A DNA stretch of 63,201 nt, counting the filler, from Kipferlia bialata (taxonomy: Eukaryota), in the NCBI GenBank assembly GCA_003568945.1. It is 6 parts of 6 records of this genome, joined end to end, with 100 filler letters (N's around TTAATTAATTAA, not from the genome) between each part and the next. Parts side by side here need not be neighbours in the genome. Positions count along the whole stretch, not along the records: positions 44,533 to 58,626 come from BDIP01000861.1; positions 58,727 to 63,201 come from BDIP01000866.1; 4 more parts are not named here. One strand, 5' to 3'. Both the position numbers and the translations under genes were made by a program. Shown piece by piece: positions 54,087 through 63,201 of the stretch (positions are counted from its first letter, which is position 1; each line of letters opens with the position of its first letter). The notes beneath the pieces are model-generated. The model was not told where the DNA came from, did no database searches, and saw only the letters and a list, made by a program, of their open reading frames with translations.

Positions 54087-54134
54087 TGGCTGATCACACT
54101 TGGTCTTCCTTGAGAGCATATCGTATCGTATCGT

Positions 54135-55645
54135 ATGAATCCCCCCAGTAGCTCTCAGCACGTGAACGGCCCCCGGCATGCTATGAGCGTCGATGCCTAC
54201 AATGCACTTGTCGCTGAGCACCAACAAGCAGCCCTCATGGTGAGAAAGGTATGTACACTATGTGCAATATATACACTGTATGCACTGCATACACACTATC
54301 CATATACACTATATATACACTACCGACGCAGCCCTTGTGGTAAGAAAGGTTTACACACTATGTGCACTATACAGTGTATATTTTACACTATATACATTAT
54401 ACCATCTATACAATACCACGCAGCCCTTATGATGATGAAGGTAGGTATATGATCAGTACCGGTATCAGTATCTATGATATGTTGAGAACTGTATGTACGC
54501 TATTTACCTGAGAGAGACCCCCCCCTCTCTCTCTCTCTAACTCTCTCCCTCGCTCTCCCTCCCTCCCTCTCTCTTCTTTTCTCTCTCTCTCTCTCTTGAG
54601 GCATCCTCACCAGCAGCACTCTCTCTCTCTCTCTCTTGAGGCATCCTCACCAGCAGCACTATGAAGAGTATACCCCGGAAACATTGGATGCAATTGAGAG
54701 CATGTGTGAACTGATGAAGGTTGTCGCAGCCTCTATAAGAGTTAGGAATAGGTACGTTGGGGGTTGCAGCATATATATATAGCACGCATTTCTGATTTGA
54801 TGAAGGTTGCCGCTACCTTAGTAGAACTCAGATATAGGTACGTTGGGGGTTGCAACATATATATCTAGCACATTCATAGTACAAACATAGTACTATATAT
54901 AGTACATAGACTGTCGTTCTTCTGGGGCACTCGCTGGGTTGAGTGTGCAGCTAATATAGAATATATAGTATATATATTGTATATTGTATCATACAATTAT
55001 CGAATGTATATAGTGTATATATAGTACTTACATGAATAGAGTCCATGGACTGGCGTTCTGGGGCACTCGTTGAGTCTTCATTAACTATGTTCTCTACCTA
55101 GCGAGGCTCCCTTCCTGCTATCTGTCACAGTGTGAGACTCACACGATATGGATATATATTCATTTACCACTCAATCTCTCATCTCATAGGTATTATGAAC
55201 TGGCAAGGAATACACATAATATATATTATTATACATAGATACCACTCAATCACTCATCTCATAGGAAGCATGAACTGGCGCACTCACCTTGTCCATATCA
55301 CTCTCTCTATATATACAGTGTTATCGGAGTACACCACTACTTTTATATCACAGTGATTGAGTCAATCACTCATCTCATAGGGAGTATGAACTGGCGATAC
55401 GACTCAACATGTCATATCCCATCAAGGTAGAGACAGAGGAAGAGAAGAGAGAGAAAGAGAGACAGATAGAGAGGGAGAGGGAGAGGGAGAAGAGGTGGCA
55501 GGAGTATTGCCGCAGACAGGTTCAGATGCCCCATCTTATGAACCTTTCCTATGACTACGATAAGTTCTGGTACCGGCTTCCGAACAACTACGGTGTGCCC
55601 CTGTCAATCAACTCACCATCAATCAATCAATCATCTGTTGAATAG
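54135..55645 (+). CDS. Multi-exon hypothetical protein
   Basis: First exon MNPPSSSQH..AALMVRK|GT and last exon EYELAIRLNMSYPIK..*. The introns contain exon-end echoes (54328, 54420, 55165, 55241). Middle exons are uncertain. Confidence 0.5.
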
Positions 55646-56569
55646 ATTCTATTCAGTAGGGCCCTTCTGAATTGAGGGAGTCGCATGATCCATACTTGGG
55701 GGTTAGGCCAATAAGGAAGGGAATATGATATCCTTCCATCTCTTATAGGCAGAAATATCGTAGTGACCTGTAAAGGAGCGATCTACTAAGAGGGTTAACA
55801 CGGTGTAATTAACAATACTCCGGTGTTGATAACACTGTCTATCACAACACCATACCTGTCTTGTATTACTGGGCCCATCAGTCTGATGGGCCATCAGAGG
55901 GGCAATATTGCTCCAACAGTTGGATTCCAAGACTGGGACTGTCCAACTGTAGTAATATATCTCTGCTACAGTTTCATATAGATATATTGCACAGTGCAAT
56001 ATATTGGGTCTCCATTCGAAGGGCTGTCTGTATTTGCTGAATCGACTCAAATATACAAAAGAAAGTCGCTCCGAAGCAGTCGACTATCCAAGAGAGGAAC
56101 GATTGGATAGGCTGAAAACAGTGTTTTCAAAACACAGTTAGTAGTCTCCCCCTGGATCCAATACAGCAGCTCTATATTAGAGTGGAAATGGAGTTTCAAC
56201 TCACAGTGGGTCACTCTTGGTCCAAGAGTCTTGGTTCAACCAATTTGGTTGTTATCAAGCTGAGACTCAACATGCTCTTCACACTCAGTGTAAAACTAAA
56301 GAGTAACAGTCAGATTCTGACTCAGAAACGTGTCGGATATCCATCTGTAGGATAGGTGGAGAGTAGGTAGACTATACCTATCTATAGGATACGCTTCTTA
56401 CATAGCAGCCTCCTCCAAGAACACCACGCACACAATCTATTACTACACAGCAACCCTACCCTCTCTTTCTATCTTGCAGGAAGCTGTTTAGGTCTATAAC
56501 CTTACAGAGCAACACCACTGATGATACTTAACCCTCTTTGGTCTATAACCCTATAGAGATGCACCCTTC

Positions 56570-57196
56570 TTACATGGCAGCCTTCATGTTGGCCTTCTCC
56601 CTGGTCTCCATGGCCTCGGCCCTGGGTATTGGAATAGGTATACATATAAATATATACTATGTATAGATACATAAATATACGTAATATATGGATGTTTACA
56701 CTTTACACACCTGTCGTAGACGTGGGGGCAGTAGGGGGCGCGCTTCTGGAACTTGCCGTGGCCTGGGGGTCAGATAGATGTAGATATAAATGTATATATA
56801 TATATATACAGATATATATATACAGATATCCATATATATATATACATATATGGAACCTGCCGTGGCCTGGGGGTTAATAGGAATGTGTGTATGTATGTAT
56901 GTGTATGTATGTATGTATATATATGTATATTAGTATATATATGTTTGTACTCATTAATACACAAGATATATGTATCCACACCTGGCTTTCCGACCACTCC
57001 GTCCTTGCGTGTGTAGACGGTGGATCCACGGGACAGAGTCATCTCGGGGGAGCCTGGGGTGTAAGAACAGACAGAAAGACATTGGAGACATGACAAATAG
57101 AGACAAAGACAGTGATACTCCTTATAATATTCATATATACTCACCGGAGACGGCCATGCCCTCGTAGCAACAGAAGTCACACACGGAGGGGGAGGT
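56570..57196 (-). CDS. Dihydropyrimidinase/hydantoinase, 3' four exons
   Basis: DLPSVCDFCCYEGMAVS|GSPEMTLSRGSTVYTRKDGVVGKP|GHGKFQKRAPYCPHVYDR|AEAMETREKANMKAAM*. This matches the cyclic amidohydrolase C-terminus (YEG..GxP..T.SRG..G.PG.G.F..R). Confidence 0.75.
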
Positions 57197-57327
57197 CTGG
57201 AGGGTAATAGAGGGGGAGGGGAGAGAGAGAGAGAGAGAGAGAATTAGTGACACATGGATGGGGAGGTCACAGCAAGAGAGTGGCAGGGGGATGGGAATGG
57301 GGGGGGGGGGGGGGGGGGGGGGGGGGG

Positions 57328-57841
57328 AGGAGGAGACCTGCCCTTACTACCTGCGGGTTCGAGATAATAATACATATAGGTAGAGAGAATGTATACGTAT
57401 GCAATATCAGGTCAGGTGAAAAGAGTAACGTCTACACGCATTGCATTAACGTTGAGAGAGACCAGAGCTGTACCCATAACAGGGTGACATATGTGTAGGT
57501 ATACATAACAAACCTGTACCGCTGCCTCTCCAGGTGACCCTTCTCCCTCCCACTGTGTGGCCATATACCCTGGCATGAGGGTGAAACGAGAGCATTCTTT
57601 CTCTCTATATATGAAGAGAGGTAGTGGGTACTTACACAGTGAGACACCTCTCCCTGGGCCCTATACAATCACCTAATATATGGTATAGTATAATATAGTG
57701 GTCATTGTGGCAGTCAGATAGATCACGTGAAGCAGTCAAGGTATTTCATGTAGTGATACCTGATATAGGTGTGGCCACAAAGTCTGGTATGTCTATGCCC
57801 AGCCCTAGCACAGTGCACAAGAGCACTGCCACACATAGCAT
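57328..57841 (-). CDS. 5' exons of a secreted hypothetical protein, ending at the G-tract
   Basis: MLCVAVLLCTVLGLGIDIPDFVATPIS|GYMATQWEGEGSPGEAAVQ|; signal peptide and in-phase splicing. Confidence 0.55.
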
Positions 57842-58577
57842 GACGGTGCATACCCTGTGTTGTAGCATTGTAGGATATGCAGAGGAGAGCGCACTGTGTA
57901 CTTGGCTCTGCCATCATCGGGTAGATTATGTCAGAAACTCTGACTAAAGGGTTGAATTCAGTATCTTGCATATAGACACTAGGATCCTAGTATAAGTTCA
58001 TAACATAGTGATATGCACACCTCAACTGAGATCCGGGAACCAAAACCACTTCCATTGTGACTGGTTACGTAGGGTATTGAGGTTATGTATTTATAGCCAT
58101 CATATTCTAAATATAGAGTCGTTGCGATTGAGCGTCTCACACGCCAGCTCACTAGCGAATTTGAAGCACCTCTTCTCTCCTCTCTTTATACTCTGGTTGT
58201 GCCATGGGATTTGGAGTTACACCCTGGTATTATCCCATCCTCGGTGAGGACGCACGTCCAATGCATATATCATATTTATGTATACGCATTATCATTCCAT
58301 GTTGCGCTGGCGTTCATTTGTACCTCTCTGCCCACTCACTTGTGTCATGATCACTGGATGAGTCTCTTGGCTGTACACTATCCAGACGGGAGGGGATATG
58401 TATTATTAATGTAAATATATGTATGTTTATAGTTTGTATTGACTCAGATACACTCTGGATTCTGTGTCTACATTCTGGGTTATGACATGTATGTATTTGT
58501 ATTTGAAGGTATGAATTAGATATATGGCTACGTTACAGTCATCACTCTGTTTCGAAAGTAATTCTTCTCTCTCTTCG

Positions 58578-58626
<49 letters not shown>

Positions 58627-58726
58627 NNNNNNNNNNNNNNNNNNNNNNNNNNNNNNNNNNNNNNNNNNNNTTAATTAATTAANNNNNNNNNNNNNNNNNN
58701 NNNNNNNNNNNNNNNNNNNNNNNNNN
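58627..58726. other. Artificial scaffold linker
   Basis: N44-TTAATTAATTAA-N44. Confidence 0.97.
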
Positions 58727-58730
58727 TTTT

Positions 58731-58778
<48 letters not shown>

Positions 58779-59038
58779 ACTACGAATATCATTGCCTCTC
58801 TGCCTCGTTTGGCACCCGTACCGCCTCTCACCGCAGAGGTGTCGTGTATCCCCCCAACATCAACTCTGCCGGTGTGTATGGAGTCAGACTCTTCAGAAGG
58901 GGCAAGGTGGGGCGAGTCCACATGATTCTCTGCTACTCTGTCTCTCTCAATATCTCTCGCTCTTAGAACGTCTCTATATATATATCCCTCAATCTCTCTC
59001 GCTCAATATATATATATATATATATCCCTCACTCTCAG

Positions 59039-61512
59039 TGGTACATGGTAATAGTTGACGACTCCTTCCCCGTGGTTGCCTCTGGGTCTAGGACCATGAC
59101 ACTGAGGGTGCAGGACCCCAACCAGTGGTGGAGGTGGGGTGGTAAGAGTCACCCTCTTTCATCCATGCCTCCCCCCCCCCCATTCTTATCCCTTAGTTCT
59201 ATAGTGGAGAAGGCCCTTGCCAAGATAGCTGGGTCCTATCAGGACCTGGCAGCAGGGGCCGGATTTGGCCTGCAGCCCTTCTCGGTCTTCACAGGCCTGG
59301 GTGTCTACTCCCACAGATCAACGGACACAGAGGACCTGTGGAAGTGGATCAGTCGGTGAGTATATTGGTGTTATAGAGATGTACCCGTATATATCATTAT
59401 GGGATAGTGCAGATCGTGTCACACTCATGAATCTATAGACTATGTACCTGTGCTTGTGTATAGCTGCCCCCAGCCTCACCCCCAGCCTGTTTGACCTAGG
59501 GTGTCTCATGGCGGCACAGGCTGTGGATGCCCAGGAGGGTAGGACGGGACTGGTGCAGGTATGGTATGATGATGAACAGTGGGAAGTTGTCACAAGTAGT
59601 CCCCCAATCATATATTACAGTAGCTTACCCCTTAGGGTCAGACATACCCTGTCCTGGGATGTTTCCTTAACGAGGACATGATGGTTAGGTGACATACCCT
59701 GGTACTCTAAAGAAGAGTGTTCTTTGTAAGAAGATTTGCATTATCCGTTTTCATTAGTCTTCGTGTACTACGTAGCCTCTCCCACCCCAGACTAGTCAAA
59801 CTCCGCAATACTTCAGATGGAGACACCTGGAGGGGAAGATGGGGGGCTAATTCAGGTCAGTATGTGTCACCTTTCTCGTGTAGCAACAGCCTACCAGAAT
59901 CGTTAGTGATTCCCTCTGTTCTCTTATGGTAGATGTCTATGCATATATCTATGTCTATTCATCATTCTATGCCCCTCCTCCACCCCTCACCCTCAGATGA
60001 GTGGGCCATCTATGACTATGTGGTTGAGCAGACATCCCACGATGCAGACGAGGAGGCCAAGACAGGGGTTTTCTACATGTCGATAGAGGACTTTGCGCGG
60101 CACTTCTGCGGGTATGGCTAGGACAATCCCTTCCAGTAGCTTAGATAGAGTGCTTGACATTATACATATACATATTAGTCATCGAATCTCACCCCCCAGG
60201 TTCACTGTGTGTGCCACTGGGTCTTGGCCCCCAGAGGGTCTGGAGGGGGTGCCGTCCAGTCTCACTGTGCCTGTGTCTCCCTTGTGCTGCTATTGCGATG
60301 ACCACAAGGTACATAGAATTGTGGGATGCTACACGTGTCCCACTGTTGTGTTCCATATTATATATTTCGATGTTGCTCTTCTGTTACACAGTATCACTTC
60401 TTGCTATATTGCGATGACCACAAGGTACATGCTGAATGGGTGTTGGAAGGCAGTGTAACTGTATGTGTTCCTAGCGATGGATTTTAATGATCGTCTGTTA
60501 CAGACTGTCGCTGCTTCTCTCTCCCCCCAGAAGCGCAAGGGCCTGGAGGGGTATGACATCACGACCCATGTACCCGTACCCATGCCCTGTCTGAGGCATG
60601 GTGAGACAGAGACAGTGCTCCACGGCACAGACTCCCCCCAGTATGTCTTTGACGTCCCTACTGCCATGGACGTCAGGATGCGGGTGTACAAGGGGGAGGG
60701 GGAGGAGGTGGGTATGCCCTGGTTCAATGTGTATAAGGTGCCCAGGTCTGCCACCACCTACAGGGACATGCGGAGGCTGGAGGGAGTCATTGCCATATCG
60801 GAGACAGACAAGCCAGACGGACACGTGGCCTGTTCCCGGTATGAGTCATGGCTGGAGATACGGTGCAACGTCGGGAGATATGCTGTCGTGGTGTGTGCCA
60901 GTACTCACACCGGCACGCCACTCACTCTGGAGGTGGGGTTGTGATTATGTCCACAACACTGAATGAGTGTATTTCGAACACTATGTACTCTTATTTTACC
61001 CCAGGCTACCACCACCATTCCTCTGACCTTTACGCCTCTACCCCTTGGTGCCAGCATCAGCTGTAATGCAAGCACCACTGGAGGCGGGAGGGGTCTCATG
61101 GAGAACCCCCAGTACTCCTTCTCTGTCACCATACCCCAGGTGCACTGTGTGGAGTGCCACTTCCCCAAGGGGGTGTATGCTGATGGGTGTGCGGCAGGGT
61201 TCTACCTAGTGAGGCAGCCCCAGCACTCTAGGGTGGATGATGTCACAGACCTGGACGCAGGGGCCATGTCGGCTGAGGGCAACTACAACGTGGTGAGTGG
61301 GGTTGGACTATACAGTGTATCTGGTCTATCTATCATCATACTCTTTGACTACTGTCTCCTCACCCCAGGCCCGTGGGTCATGGATGCTGGATGCTGGTAT
61401 ATACGTGATATGCCCATGGAGACACACGTCCTTCGAGGAGGACTACATCATCACAGTGGGGGTGGCTGGGAGGGAAGACACACTCCCTAAGCATATCTAC
61501 GCTCTCACATAG
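59039..61512 (+). CDS. Calpain-like protein (CysPc C-half plus domain III/CBSW), probably catalytically inactive, 5'-truncated
   Basis: VIVDDSFP, IVEKALAKIAGSYQDL, GLVQGQTYPVLG, LVKLRNTSDG..WRGRWG, GVFYMSIEDFARHF, GGGRGLMENPQYSF. Confidence 0.88.
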
Positions 61513-61776
61513 GGATTCAACGGGTAATTTGCCCGAAGCGCGTTAGGTTGTCGCCCGACCAGACACCTGGAGTCGAAAGCTCAGGAAGGGCTTTGGACTT
61601 GCCTTGGAACAAGGCTCTGTTCTATATCCCTCCCCGCCCAAACTCAGCGATGTGACTCGTTGTTCCATCAGACTCAGATGAATCGTGATATGTACCTTGG
61701 TGTAGAGTTCTATCACTGGCACATGCTTTTGTCGCCTTTCTGTAGTTGATGAGACACATGTGAAGTTATGAGGGTC

Positions 61777-61848
61777 CTTCAGAGTGTACACTGACTCTAT
61801 ACTTCAGAGTCTAATGTGTACACTGACTCTATACTTCAGAGTCTATAG
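61777..61848. repeat. Short tandem duplication (GTGTACACTGACTCTATACTTCAGAGTCTA)x2
   Basis: Direct repeat visible at about 61784 and 61816. Confidence 0.85.
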
Positions 61849-63201
61849 TGATACATGTATATTTAGGTCTACGAGACTGTCCTAGTGTGTCACGCTGACT
61901 GTTCAATGATATTCCCCCTAACAGGAGTCTAATTCCTAACGGAACTGACAGCCCTGGCTCTATGTATGTGTTTTCATTACTGTAACAAGATACTTGTGGG
62001 GTAATAGCGTAGGGCTTGCGAATGTAACGGTTCTCTCACTCAAACTTCATGTACCGACTCGCGACCCTAGGGTTCTCTCAACCATGCAATCGTTGACTAC
62101 TCCAATGAAACAACAGCGAATCCCAGTCGGCGATCATTCTGAGGCAACGGACAGCCTGCCAGTGGCAGGTCTAAACAAGAGGACACTTGAATGCACGGTG
62201 TACATTAGTAGTTTCACACGATAACAGTCACAGTTTGACTGAGTGTCCCTGTGAGACATCCCTCATGAGCTTCTGTTGCGTGACCAATATAATATTGGTC
62301 CAATATATATTATCCCTTTCCATATGAGTATTTCTTTAGATGCTAAACAGTCATGTGTCTTTCAATTCCGTCACTGAGCATGATATCGTATCATGATTTC
62401 AGGGCATGGATAGCAAATTACCATTGGAAATATACATACCTGGATCTCCTGACGTGACCAGTTCTAGGAACGCCACGTTCAGAGATTCAACCATGTAGCA
62501 GATAGAGAGAAGCATAGCCCGACCAATGGACATCGGAACTTCCGATTCGGAAGTACATACTGTGGTCATCTATCTGACCAATGTTCCTAGTGTCGCAGTA
62601 TTGAGTCTCACATAGATGAGCTGGGAGAATTGACAGACAGATGGTACTCCATTGGAGTCTCCAATGGAGAAGCTATTGGAGTCTCCAATAGTTCCGCAAG
62701 TCCGGGATTGATCCCTTGGGCAGTTCTTATGTGGAGGATCTCAAAGTTGTTGTCTATAACGTGACAAGATGGGGTCGTTGTATATTGTTTCCCAGTCTAA
62801 TCTACAGGCAGTATATCAAGTGCACTCTTGGGCATATTAGAGGAGTTTTCTAGTGAGTCTACCTACCAGAGATGTACACGCGAAGCTCACTAAGCCTCAG
62901 TGTGATGATGGCGATGACGATGACGATGACGGCAAGTAAGACTGAACTCAGGACTAGAAATATAGTGTTATGACTATAGTGTTAAGGCTGAAGTGAACCA
63001 GTTATGATGGCGCTGTGCTTTCACTCACCCTTGTGAAGGGTTTCTTGGCTGCTCTCGAATTATCCACTTCCATAGTATACTACCGATACGTCTATCCGCG
63101 TATTGCGTACCTGAGTAGCTCAGTGTGACGATGACGGTGACGATGGCGATGACGATGACAAACTTGGTTTCTACTGTACACGTGATGATCGTACTATCCC
63201 T

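Noticed and set aside
55703..56050. 115-aa minus-strand ORF
   Set aside because: No ATG start, recognisable motif or splice support.
56570..61512. Diplomonad-type TAA/TAG=Gln genetic code
   Set aside because: TAA ends dihydropyrimidinase and tRNase Z and TAG ends calpain and the phosphatase; I saw no in-frame TAR in conserved exons.
62700..63201. Possible minus-strand exons with duplicated (CATCGT)n tracts
   Set aside because: No consistent reading frame could be built and the region is cut by the window end.

Overview
Intron-rich eukaryotic DNA using the standard genetic code (TAA, TAG and TGA all act as stops). It is saturated with (GA)n/(TA)n microsatellites. Most introns end in a branch point fused to the acceptor (CTNAC-C(2-5)-YAG). 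This style resembles a free-living fornicate such as Kipferlia bialata, which is inference only. The window is six independent scaffolds joined by artificial 100-nt N44-TTAATTAATTAA-N44 linkers, so neighbours across linkers are not linked. Most listed six-frame ORFs are spurious; genes were assembled by hand from GT-AG exons. Recognisable genes, many partial: LBP/BPI-family protein, class I cyclic-nucleotide PDE, PP2A-like phosphatase 3' end, large multi-EF-hand protein, possible STAG/Scc3-like protein, TM-type tRNase Z, divergent calreticulin, dihydropyrimidinase 3' end, and a probably inactive calpain. The most striking signal is that introns of many genes hold stacked partial copies ('echoes') of the adjacent exon ends, with splice sites. 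These copies differ from the functional exon mainly at synonymous positions, often decay with distance from it, and often end by running into microsatellites. Several internal G/C homopolymers join halves of unrelated genes and are probable misassemblies.
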